A stretch of 64,000 bases of DNA from Entomortierella parvispora E1425. Lineage: Eukaryota > Fungi > Mortierellomycota. Each line of letters starts with the position of its first letter. Position 1 is the first letter of the stretch. A program made the position numbers and the translations under genes. Shown here piece by piece: positions 13,559 through 25,449 of this stretch. The notes under the pieces were generated by a model. It was not told where the DNA came from, searched no databases, and saw only the letters and a program-made list of their open reading frames with translations. Location: positions 1,054,001-1,118,000 of the forward strand of contig BQFW01000013.1 of NCBI GenBank assembly GCA_020891255.1, read 5' to 3'.

Positions 13559-15605
13559 TTAGACGGGAATGGGTTGTGAGCCAGCCGTCTCTTCTTGCTC
13601 TCTTGCCCTCGCCCCCTTCTGGTCTTCTTCACGCTTCAATCTCTGCTCTTCCTCGTAGCGCCTGGAGGGCTTTTGAGGAAGAACCGGACCTGATCCTCGA
13701 ACTGGCGCCAAGGGGAGGAATGTAACCTGGGGACGATACGAAGCGTCTTTGATCACAGTCCTATTCATCAGGGACTTCGGAAGCCAGTGAAAGACAATGT
13801 GTCTAATACACTTTTCCATCATCGTCTAAAGCAGGATGGTGTTAGTTTAAGAGCAGTGGACTCTGTGCATGACATGGCCTGATTTTTTTTTATTATTATT
13901 TTTTTTGCTGGATTACTTACTTGGCCAAAGAACAATGTAGCATTGACATTGCTGTCGTTGTTTTGGATCTTTACTTGTGGGTGTCGCTGTGCTTTGTAGT
14001 CCTGAAGCGCTTCCTCGATGGATTCGTGCTTGAGCGATTTAAGATCATACAAGCAGTTCGCGAGGATTACGGCGTCTGTAAAAGGATTCGCGTCAAGAAT
14101 AGCATCAGGAAACAAAGAACAATCGGAACAAGGGAACAAACGACAGTAAACAACAAAGAAAAACAGTCGCCTGGAGGCTGCACACAAACCTTGCATTGCA
14201 CAGACAGCACCTTGAGCACCGCTTGGGAGCAACTAATTTAGAACAGAACACAAGACCGATTAATGTTGACCCCAAACAGCAAGGCGCCATCATCTTCCCA
14301 CTTTTTACCTTGTGAACAGCGTCGCCGATGAGTACGGTGCGCCCATGGGTCCAGGTCTCAAATACCTTGTCTTCAAGACGCACACGCGAGATCTTGTCCC
14401 TTGGAGTTGCATCGATGAGATCCCCCAAGGTACCACTGCCGAATGGCAGCAGAAAGTGCCTGACTTTCTCAATCATACTGCCACTTTTTTCTGGTCCCCA
14501 TTCAGAGTTTCGAAACGTTTCCTCTTCTGCCTCTTCTTTGCTTGCGTATTGCTGGACCACAACGTAACAGAGGCGATTTTCACGAATGTTGAAAAGACTC
14601 CACTATTGAAAACGACCGGCAAACAATCAGGAATCGGATACCAGGAGAGCATATTAAAAAATAACTCGCGAAGGTCTTTGTCTTACCGTGTAAGGAGTTC
14701 CTTGAACAATATACTGATATTGCTCACCGATCGATCTGGCGACAATAGGATACTTCTCTGGACTCAGACTGTTCGTAGTCCCGACGAGGCAAGTGTAGCC
14801 TTTGTTCAGTTCTTTGGTGTCCACTTGTGGCAGCAAGCTCTTGTTCTGAAGTTGCTTAAAGAGAGATTGGCGAACGGCACTATACGCTCCATCAGCACCC
14901 ACCAAGATATCTCCGTGGTAAGTTGTACCATCGGAGCATCGGATCATGGCGCCATCTCGATTTTGAAGGAAAGACATGACCTTCTTGCTAAAATGAATGC
15001 GCTCCGCAGGGACCTTTGACAAGAAGAAGTCGTACAACTTTGATCGGGCGAACATCATGTAGTTGTAACCAATACTGGGCCAACAAAATTTTGTCAATTA
15101 TACTCCAATATGGTTCACCACATCGATGCCTCATGCTTGAAGAACTTACAGGTCCCTGCAATCAACTGCCAGCCTTGCAATTGGCTTATTGTTACCATAG
15201 CGGAGGTCAAGAGACAACAATGGAATAGATATCTTCTCAAACTCTTCATAAAAACCCAGCTGTTCAAATACAGGTAGAATGTTCGCATTGATACCCAACA
15301 CAGATCCTGCATTGGAGGAAACAGTTGTGTAAGAACAAGAATCGGCAGTTGTTCAATACAGATCACAAAAAGAAGATTTGATTTTCGAAATTACCCAGTG
15401 CCTTCACCTCGGGTGCTCGCTCAAACACTTGGTACGGGATTCCAGCGCGGTCGAGAAGAATGGCGAGAAAAAGACCTCCTATACCTGCACCCACTATGAG
15501 GACGTGGGGATTCTTCCCATCGCTCGTAGGGGGGAACTGAGAAGGATACCTGCTTGGAGTTTCATCGAACTCATCCAGAGGTTTACGGGTACGATGAGGG
15601 TTCAT
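13559..15605 (-). CDS. FAD-dependent monooxygenase, tandem copy 2
   Basis: IVGAGIGGL, ILVGADGAYS and VLIGDAVHK motifs; same exon layout as its neighbours. Confidence 0.85.
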
Positions 15606-15920
15606 TTGAGGATGAGATTAAGAATGCAGAGATGACGGGGGGAGATGGAGAAAGGAATGAATGGGAGAATGAAGAGATGCTTGAAGTGGAGTAAGACCAT
15701 GCTGTGTTTTTAGGCTTCATTTTCCAAGAGCACTTTTTTGCGCCTTGAAGTTTGGTTGCACAACAGCCTCCATTCATCAATTGATGCATGAACAAGCACC
15801 TCGCTCTTTCAGCTTTCTGGCTACAAAACTCATAGTCCCCTCCCTCAGAATACATATACAGTCCGTTAATGAAGATTTTGCACCATCAAGGACGATCTTC
15901 GTTTCACTTCTTTTTCTCTT

Positions 15921-15940
15921 GGACGCGTCCCGACGCGCTG
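15921..15940. promoter_or_regulatory. CGCG-dyad motif about 315 bp upstream of monooxygenase copy 2
   Basis: GGACGCGTCCCGACGCGCTG; near-identical copies at 18396, 20934 and 25351. Confidence 0.4.
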
Positions 15941-15999
15941 AAGCTATATAATAATATTTACGGTGCTGTGCAGGAATTGAATCTGCTGGAAACCCATCC

Positions 16000-18085
16000 T
16001 CAGAGAGGAGTGGGCAGCGAACCAATCGATGCGTCCTGCTCACTCGCCCTCGCCCTCTTTTGGTCATCCTCCTCCTCACGCTTCAATTTTTGCTCCTTCT
16101 CGTAGCGCCAAGAGGGCTTTTGAGGAAGAACAGGGCCTGATCCTCGAATAGGCGCCAAAGGGAGGAATGCAACCTGGGGCCTATACGAAGCATCCTTGAT
16201 CACAGTCTTGCTCATCAGAGACTTTGGCAGCCAGTTGAAGACAATGTGTCTGATGCACTTCTCTATCATCGTCTGAGGAAGGATCGCGTTAGTTTAAGAG
16301 CAACGGATTCTAAACATCACTTGGCTATTTACCGTTTCGCCCGTGTCTTTTTTTTTTCAATTGAATCACTTATTAGTACCTGGCCAAAAAAAAGTGTAGC
16401 ATTGACATTGCTATCGCTGTCTTGAACCTTGACTTGTGAGTATCGCTGCTGTTTGTAGTCCTGAAGCGCTTCCTCGATGGATTCGTGCTTGAGCGATTTA
16501 AGATCATACAAGCAGTTCGCGAGGATTACTGCGTCTGTAAAAGGATTCGCGTCAAGAGTAGCATCAGGAAACAATGAACAATCGGAACAAGGGAACAAAC
16601 GACAGTAACACGGAATAACAGTCGCCTAGAGGCTATACCTCAGCGAACTCACCTACCTTGCATTGCACAGACGGCACCTTGAGCCCCGCTTGGGAGCAAC
16701 TAATTTACAAGAGAACACAGGATTGTTTAGTCTTGAAGCCGAGCAAAAACGCCATCCTCTTCCCACTTTTTACCTTGTGAACAGCGTCGCCGATGAGGAC
16801 GGTGCGTCCATGAGTCCAGGTCTCAAACAACTTATTTTCAAGGAACACGCGCGAGATCTTGTCCCTGGGAGTCTCGTCGATGAGATCCCCCAAGGTGCCG
16901 CTGCCGAATGGAAGCAGAAAGTCTTTGACTTTCTCAATCATACTGCCACTTTTTTCTGGTCCCCACTCAGAGTTTCGGAACGTTTCCTCTTCTGCCTCCT
17001 CTTTGCTTGCGTATTGCTGGACCACGACATAGCAGAGACGATTTTCAGGGACATTGAAAAGACTCCACTATTGAAAAGGACCGACAAACAATCAGGAATC
17101 AGATACAAGCAGAGCATATTATAAAATAATTCACAAAGGTTTTTGTCTTACCGTGTAAGGAGTTCCTTGAACAACATACTGAAATTGTTCGCCGATCGAT
17201 TTGGCGACAATAGGATACTTCTCTGGACTCAGACTGTTCGTAGTCCCGACGAGACAGGTGTAGCCTTTGTTCAGCTCTTTGGTGTCCACTTGTGGGAGCA
17301 GGCTCTTCTCCTGGAGTTGTTTAAAGAGAGATTGGCGAACGGCGCTGTAAGCTCCATCAGCACCTACCAAGATATCCCCATGGTAGGTCGTGCCATCGGA
17401 GCATCGGATCATGGCCCCGTCACGGTTCTGGAGAATAGACATGACCTTCTTGCCGAAATGAATGCGTTCCGCAGGAATCTTGGACAGGAAAAAGTCGTAC
17501 AGTCTTGGCCGAGCGAACATCATGTAGTTATAGCCGATCCTAAGCACGAATATCAATCTTCGTCAACAACTGGTCCGCTTTTGTTCGTGTCCTCCGACAG
17601 CACGCCATAGTATTTTCAAAAGAACTTACAGATCGTGGTAGTCGATATCGACCTTTGCAATAGGATTATTGTTGCCATAGCGAAGGTCAATACTCGCCAA
17701 TGGAAGTGCAATCTTCTGGAACTCTTCATAGAAGCCCAGCTGTTCGAAGACTGGCAGAATGTTCGCATTGATACCTAACACAGATCCTGCATTGGGGGGA
17801 ACAGTTGTGTAAGAACAAGAATCGGTGGTCATTCAACATAGATCGCAGAAGGAAGACTCGATTTACGAACGTACCCAATGCCTTCACTTCGGGTGCTCGC
17901 TCAAACACTTGGTATGGGATCCCAGCGCGTTCGAGAAGGATGGCGAGAAAAAGACCTCCGATGCCTGCACCCACTATGAGGACGAAGGGATTCTTCCCAT
18001 CGCTTGCAGGGGGGAATTGGGAAGGATGCCTGCTTGTACTTTCATCAAACTCGTCGACAGGTCCGCGGGCACGATGTGGATTCAT
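16000..18085 (-). CDS. FAD-dependent monooxygenase, tandem copy 3
   Basis: Same three motifs. Starts MNPHRARGPVDEF and ends GSLPTPL*. Confidence 0.85.
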
Positions 18086-18395
18086 TTGCAGATGAGATTG
18101 AGAATGGAATGGAATGCAGAAGGGAATGAAGGAATGAGGGAGTGGAAGAGAGTGGGAACAGAAAAGATTGGTGCGGTGTTTTAGGCCGCTTTTTCCCTCC
18201 GAGAGCACTTTTACACCTCAAAGGTTGCACAGCATGCTTGATCCATCAATTGATGCATGAACGGGGAGCCTCATGGTTGCAACTTTATGAGTCTGTCATG
18301 AGTTGCTAAGCAACGCTTGGCACGCCAGCCGACTTCGCGAAAGATGATTTTGCGGTTTTAAAGGAGATCCTGCAAGCTCTCTTCTCTGCCCACTG

Positions 18396-18418
18396 GGACG
18401 CGTCCCGACGCGCTCGTC
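18396..18418. promoter_or_regulatory. CGCG-dyad motif about 310 bp upstream of monooxygenase copy 3
   Basis: GGACGCGTCCCGACGCGCTCGTC. Confidence 0.4.
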
Positions 18419-18547
18419 AACGGTCATGAAATGCTCATCGCGTTCCTGCATTCTCTTCCCCATCCCTCTGACCAAACCAGAAAAATTTGAGCTATTTTAT
18501 TTAAGGTGCTGTATAATATAGGAATCCAATCTGTTGGAAGCTCATCC

Positions 18548-20631
18548 TCAGAGAGAAATGGGCAGCGAACCAATTGACGCGTCCTGCTCTTCCGCACTAG
18601 CCCTCTTTTGGGCCTCACGCTTCAATTTTTGCTCCTTCTCGTAGCGCCAAGAGGGTTTTTGAGGAAGAACAGGGCCCGATCCTCGGTTTGGAGCCAAAGG
18701 TAGGAATGTCGCCTGAGGTCGATACGAAGAAACTCTGACCACAGCTTTGGTCATCAGGGACTTTGGCAGCAAGTTGAAGACAATGTACCTGATGCACTTC
18801 TCCGTCATTGTCTAAGGAAGGATTGCGTTAATTCAAGAGGAATGCATTCTGGACATGACTTGGCCAACCACCATCTTGGGCTTGACTTTTTTTTTCACTG
18901 GACTTACTTGGCCAAAAAACAGTGTAGCATTGGAATTGCTGTTGTCTTCCTGGAACTTGACATGTGGATATCGCTGCTGTTTGTAGTCCTGAAGCGCTTC
19001 CTCGATGGATTCGTGCTTGAGCGATTTAAGATCATACAAGCAGTTCGCGAGGATTACTGCGTCTGTAAAAGGATTCGCGTCAAGAGTAGCATCAGGAAAC
19101 AAAGAACAATCGGAACAAGGGAACAAACGACAGTAAACAACAACGGATAACAGCCCCGTAGAGGCTGCACCTCAGCGAACCACAAACCTTGCATTGCACA
19201 AACGGCACCTTGAGCCCCGCTTGGGAGCAACTAATTTACAAGAGAACACAGGATTGTTAGTCTTGAAGCCGAGCAAAAACGCCATCCTCTTCCCACTTTT
19301 TACCTTGTGAACAGCGTCACCGATGAGGACGGTGCGTCCATGAGTCCAGGTCTCAAACAACTTATTTTCAAGGAACACGCGCGAGATCCTGTCCCTGGGA
19401 GTCTCGTCGATGAGATCCCCCAAGGTGCCGCTGCCGAATGGAAGCAGAAAGTCTTTGACCTTCTCAATCAAACTACCGCTCCTTTCTGGTCCCCATTCGC
19501 AGTTTCGGAAGGTGTCCTCTTCTACCTCTTCACTGGACGCGTACTGCTGAACCACCACATAGCAGAGGCGATTTTCAGGAACATTGAAAAGACTCCACTA
19601 TTGAGAACGACCGGCATGACAGGCAGAGGTTAAAAAAAAAAAAAAAAAAAAAACGCGCGCGCGCGCACAGCTCATGGGTCTTTTGCCTTACCGTGTAGGA
19701 AGTTCCTTGAACAACAAACTGGTATTGCTCGCTGATTGATTTAGTCACGATAGGGTACTTCTCTGGACTCAGACTGTTAGTAGTCCCGACGAGACAAGTG
19801 TAGCCTTTGTTGAGCTCTTTGGTATCCCCAGTTGGGAGCATGCTTTTCTCCTGGAGTTGCTTGAACAGGGATTGGCGTACGGCGCTGTAGGCACCATCAG
19901 CACCTACCAAGATATCCCCATGGTAGGTCGTGCCATCGGAGCATCGGATCATGGCCCCGTCACGGTTCTGGAGAATAGACATGACTTTTTTGCCGAAATG
20001 AATGCGCTCCGCGGGGACCTTGGACAAGAAGAAGTCGTACATCTTTGGCCGAGCGAACATCATGTAGTTGTACCCGAGACTAAGTCGACAGGAGGGCTTG
20101 AGCCTTTAGCAACTACTGCCCACACAAGGTCCCATCCAACATTGCGACTCGATGCATTTTGCCAATAAACTTACAGACTCTTGTAGTCCACGTCCAGCTT
20201 TGCAATCGGGCTATTGTCACCATAACGAAGATCAACGGACTGCAAAGGCAGCGCAATCTTTTCAAACTCCTCGTAGAGGCCCAACTGGTCGAAAACCGGC
20301 AGGATGTTTGCATTAATGCCCAATACAGATCCTGTATTGTAGGAGGCAGTTGTGTAAGAACGAGACCAATCTATTACTTAGCACAGATCTCAGAAGAATA
20401 GAATCACTTTTAGAACGTACCCAATGCCTTGACTTCAGTTGCTCGTTCAAACACTTGGTATGGGATCCCAGCGCGTTCGAGGAGGATGGCGAGAAAAAGA
20501 CCTCCGATGCCTGCACCTACTATGAGGACGAAGGGATTCTTCCCATCGCTCGAAGGAGGGAACTGGGAAGGATACCTGCTTGGGGTTTCATCGAACTCGT
20601 CGACTGGTTTGCGAATACGATGGGGATTCAT
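18548..20631 (-). CDS. FAD-dependent monooxygenase, tandem copy 4
   Basis: Same three motifs. Starts MNPHRIRKPVDEF and ends GSLPISL*. Confidence 0.85.
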
Positions 20632-20933
20632 TTGCGGATGAGATTGTGAATGAAGGGAATGGCAGAAGGAATGAATGAAGAAAGGGAAAGTTGAGGAAAA
20701 GGAAAGTTGAGGAAAGGAGAGTTGAGGTGGACACAACCGACTGTGTCAAGAGCGCCTTGGAGGTTGCACAGCATCCATCCTTCATCCATCGATTGATGCA
20801 TGAACAAGCACCTCGATCTTTCAGCTTCCTGGCTGAAAACCTCATGTACCTCACCCTCAGAATACAGATACAGCCCGCTGAGAATGACTTGGCACCATCA
20901 AAGACGACCCCGTGGCACCCGTTCTTTTCTCTT

Positions 20934-20956
20934 GGGCGCGTCTCGACGCGCTCGTC
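20934..20956. promoter_or_regulatory. CGCG-dyad motif about 300 bp upstream of monooxygenase copy 4
   Basis: GGGCGCGTCTCGACGCGCTCGTC. Confidence 0.4.
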
Positions 20957-21216
20957 CATGGTCGCGAGGTAAAGTCCAATCGCGTACCTGCACAACTCTC
21001 TTGCTGATTCCTCGCACTGAGGCAGAAAATGCTCTCTGAGCTCGACTCTGATTTTATTAAAGATGTTGCTGCAGGAACACAATCTGATCATTTGCCTCCA
21101 TGCCCTTGTTCTTGTCAGAGCAGGCCAAAGCTCCACTCTGTTCGGTCGGGCAATGACTTTAATGTCAAAAGCTGTGTAGATACGATACAGCCCCCCCCCC
21201 CTTTTTTTTTGTCTGC

Positions 21217-22917
21217 TCAAGAGCGCTGCCAGCAACAGCTTGTAAGCCCAGGCCAAATTTCCAACAGTCGCTTTCCCACAGGATACTTCCTGATTCTTGC
21301 CGTACTGTTGACATGTCCTTGAAAATCTTGTTGCTTTGAGTCCATTCCCAACGCCAGACGTGGGCTCAATCCAGCGCCTCTCTCTGCACCGTGAGAAGGA
21401 CACAAAAACAACTCTTCGAGATACCTCAGTTGTTTCAACTGTTGGAAGACCTGGGCGTCTGCATGTCTCTTTCCCAAATCCCCCCCCCCCCTTGAACTCC
21501 CCCCTCAATGTAATTCGAAGGATCTTAAGTCGATGGCAAATCCAGGGCCGTGGGAATTGATCCTCTGGTATACTGGGAAGCGTCATATCGTCTGTCTCTT
21601 TTGGCCAGCCCTCTTCGTCTAGTTCCTCGATAGTGGGGTCGTGTCCTTCTTTGGAGTCAGCGACCAAAGAGGTCTCCTTCCAAGGTATCTGAGCCATCAG
21701 CGCTTTTGGCAATCCTTTTGAAGCCAACATTGCAGCCACCGCTAGAGCGTTTTTTTGCCTCGCCTCATCTTCTCGAACTCCACGCACAAGATCTGATGTA
21801 TGCAAAGTGGGGCCGCTCAGCTCCCTCAGCTCTGGGCAAGATGTCAAAAAAGCCTGTACCATCCAACTTGGGGCCCTTGTTGAATACAACACCTGTAATG
21901 TCCCCAGATGCCTTTGAATCGCCTGCCATGCCAGGAGTCCAAAATTTGCTGCCTTCACACGAAAACTTTTCAGGCCGTCCGGAAGGAGGGTCAATATCTC
22001 GGCCAATTGATCGTCTCTCAAGTGAGAGTGTAGCCGATTACGTTCCTCCTTCACCTCGAGCGAGTTCAGTCGGGGCCAAACTCCTTGGCGGAGCAGACAG
22101 AGTAATGTTGGGATAAACTCGCAAGGAGAAATAAGGCCAAAAGGAGGATAGTGAAGATACAAGAGGTTCCAGGATAGACTCTGTAGTCTAGGAGCTCGAG
22201 CAAATATCTGGAGTTGGCTCATCCATGCGTTGTCGCCGTAATAGCCCGAAATTACCAACTCGCGCAGCACTGGAAATCCTGACCAATCCTTCTTTTCAGG
22301 GACCCTGCTGTTTCCGTTTTTGTCGTTGCTGCTATTGGTATAATTGCTCCAAAAATCGGCCGAAGTGGATGACGACGATACCCACGCCGATAATTGAGAT
22401 AGATCACAATCCCGAAGTTCCAGTTTTGTTAACCTTGAGGCCAAGTTTATGAACCCGACCAAGGACCCCCCCTGGAGCTCGGTCGAGTGTAGCTCAAGCT
22501 CTGTTAGCTTTGGGCAGCCATCTACCAATATCCTCCAAAGCTCTGGATGCCGAGTGCCTTCGAGGATCGACAATGAGACCCTGACCAACCGTGGATTCCT
22601 TTGAAGGAGTTGCAGTAAATAATCTACTGCATCGGGAAAGGGTTCGGATTCGAAGTTCAGGCGGAGAAGTCGTGGCAGCCCATCAGGATACCCTCCTTCT
22701 CCGGGGGCATGGTAGTCTTGGTGATTGAAACGTCACGGGCATGACAGAGGTAAGGCTGGAAGGACCGCCAGTGTCGGTTGAGAGGTGTGGGCACTACATT
22801 TGTGTAGATGAAGTGTAAAAAGGATCTGTGCCAGAGTTTACAGACAAGAATACAAGAGCAAAGGTCATGGTTGCCTAGGAAGGACCCAATAATATCTCTG
22901 ATCTCAACAAGATCCAT
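21217..22917 (-). pseudogene. F-box/LRR (RNI-like) gene copy A with two frameshifts
   Basis: Starts MDLVEIRDIIGSFLGNHDLCSCILVCKLW. Relative to copy C there is a 1-nt deletion near 22670 and a frameshift in the C-run near 21480-21491. The true C-terminus is LLEIWPGLTSCCWQRS*. The 666-aa ORF in the track is a read-through artefact. Confidence 0.7.
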
Positions 22918-23482
22918 TGGTGACAACGACAAATCTGCAGGTGGAAGAAAGAGGAAAGAAGAGATGAAAAAGACCCCAACTTGAAGACAGTCCTTTTTCC
23001 GCTGCGGCAGAGTTCCCTGGTCACACAGGGCCGTGAGGCTTTGTCCCTGAAATAAAGGCCCTCTGCCAAGCCCCATGGACAGCACCTCGCTCACTGAGTG
23101 CAGACCCGGCAGCTTTACAAACCAGGATACTCTCCTCTCACTAGGTATTATAGCTTTACTCTCTGGTCAATCTTTATTCCTGCTCGCAGCACTAGGGAAG
23201 GTCTTGGTCAAGAAAATCAATCCTCGACTTGACGCCTACGAAAACATAGTAGCTTGAGGCGAACTCAACCTGCCTAGGCACTCACTTTTATTCAATCAGA
23301 TCCATCGCCGGAGTCTCGTCGACGGTGCTTTCAGAAGACGATTGGGCGTCCAGAGCGCCCAGACGCGCTTCTCAAAGCAACGCAAGGCCAGCTTACATCC
23401 TCTCTGACCTAATGGACTTGTGAGTGTGAGCACCTTGAGCAGTGACTTTTTTTTTTTTTTTTGTTGTTGTTGTTTGTTTCCA

Positions 23483-24997
23483 TCAGAAGCGCTGCCAATG
23501 CCAATAACAGCTTGTCAGCCCAGGCAAAATCTCCAACAGCCGCTGTCCCACAGGATGCTTCCTGGTCTTGGCCGCGTTATTAAACAGCCCCACCATATCG
23601 CGGTGCCTCAACTCCATCTCTAGTACTCGACGCAGGCTCAGTCCATCGAAACTTTGTGCATTTTGCAATGGACACAGAACCAGCTCTTGGGGACATTTCA
23701 ACCACGTTAATTGCTGAGAGACCAGTACATCAGCCTTCCTCTTCCCTCCTTCCCTCTTAAGCGCTATCTGAAGGACTCTGAGTCGATGGCAAACCCAAGG
23801 CTTGAAGGATGGATCCTTAAGTTAGTCAGCTATTGACAAGAGATCTTCACCTTTCCTTGCCAGATCTGTACGAGCTGCGTGCATGAGATCCCAGCTACCC
23901 ATGGTTGGTCCCCTTAGCTCCCTCAGCTCTGGACACGATGTCAGAAAGCCCCGAACGATCCAACTCGGGACCCGCTTCAAATACAACAGCTGCAATGTTC
24001 CTAAATGACTTTGGATGGCTTGCCATGCCAGGGGTCCGAAATCTGAGGTCGGTACTCGAAAACTTCTCAGACCGCTCGGGAGAAGAGTCAAAATCTCGAC
24101 CAAACCAACATCGTCGATGGATGACCGCCAGCTGCAATGTTCCTCTGTGACCTCGAGAGACCTCAATTGAGGCCACGTCTTTTGACGGAAAAGGCAGAGC
24201 AACGTTTGAGCAATGTCTAAAGTAACAGCATCACGTCGCTGAGGGTGTCCTACGCCTACGATTCTCCAGGATAGTCTCTCCAGCAAGGGAGCTCGAATAA
24301 AGATTTGGAGTTGGTCTATCCAGGCTGGCTTGGCGTCGTAAAAGCCTGAAATGATCAGCTCGTTTAACACTGGAAACCCCGACCAACATTTCGCCTCAAC
24401 GATTCCACTGCTGCTGCTAGTGCTCTGGAGATCAATTGAACTAGAGGTCGACGGTGACATCCAAGCCAAAAACTCGGAGAGATTACAATTGTCGAGCTCC
24501 AGTTTTGTTAGCCTCGAGTTCAACCTCAGGAACCCTGTCAGGGACTCGCCTTGGAAGTTGATCCCGTGTAATTCGATCCCTCTTAGCCCGCGGGTGTCTT
24601 TGATCAATGCCGCCCATAGTTTTGGGTTTTGAGCCCCATCACGGATCCACAGTGCTATTTGAGCCAATTGCGGGTTCCTCTGGAGGAGGCGCACCAGATA
24701 ATCTATCGCCTCTGGGGTGGCCGTTGAACAAAAGCCTAGACGGACAAGACGTTGACAGTCTCTCAGAACAGCCTCCCTGTCGTGCTATGTGATGCTTTCA
24801 CTTATCGAAAGGTCTCTGACATGAGAGAGTTGTCGTTGGAAGGATTTCCAGTGGAGGAAAAGGATCGATGACTTTGCTTGGACATAGATGAAGGGCAGGA
24901 GGGATCTGTACCAAAGTTTGGAGACGCGGACGCAAGAGCAGATATCATGAGTACCAAGGAAGGACCCGACAATATCTCTGATCTCTAAAAGATCCAT
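23483..24997 (-). pseudogene. F-box/LRR gene copy B with two in-frame nonsense codons
   Basis: Starts MDLLEIRDIVGSFLGTHDICSC. In-frame TAG at 24785-24787 and TAA at 23822-23824; homology to copy C continues in the same frame across both. The central region is shorter than in A and C. Confidence 0.8.
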
Positions 24998-25350
24998 TGA
25001 AATAAACAAAGACAACAAAAAAAGATTGGATGGGAACAGAGAGAAGAAGGAAGAAATGAAAAGATGGAAAAGAGCGGCGCTTTTATTGTGCCCCTTTCAG
25101 CACGGGGCGCTGTGCCATCTCTCATTTTCGGGATTGCACCTGACCTGGGCCCGTTTACGTAGCAATTGATCTTGATCCCAGACGATCGTCAACAACGCAC
25201 CGAGGTTGGATCCAATTCTCCACCGTTCACTACTAACCCTCAAGTTCCGGGCTCATATCACGAATCTACAAGTCAACGTAACCTTTTACGTCTCCAGCTC
25301 GGCCTCTGCTCCTGTTGCAGTGAACCTGAAATGATGTAGCACTTTCTCGC

Positions 25351-25374
25351 GGACGCGCTCCCGTCGCGCTCGTC
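25351..25374. promoter_or_regulatory. CGCG-dyad motif between F-box copies C and B
   Basis: GGACGCGCTCCCGTCGCGCTCGTC: one insertion and one mismatch relative to the 18396 copy. Confidence 0.35.
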
Positions 25375-25449
25375 ATCACACACCCAAATTAAGCATTCTT
25401 TTTTTTTTTATTTGGATCCAGTTCAACTACAACAACTAGGACAACTAGC

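Noticed and set aside
20588-22588. 666-aa ORF suggesting a long or fused F-box protein
   Set aside because: Homology to copy C moves to another frame at the C-run near 21480; the remainder reads through intergenic DNA and the monooxygenase promoter.
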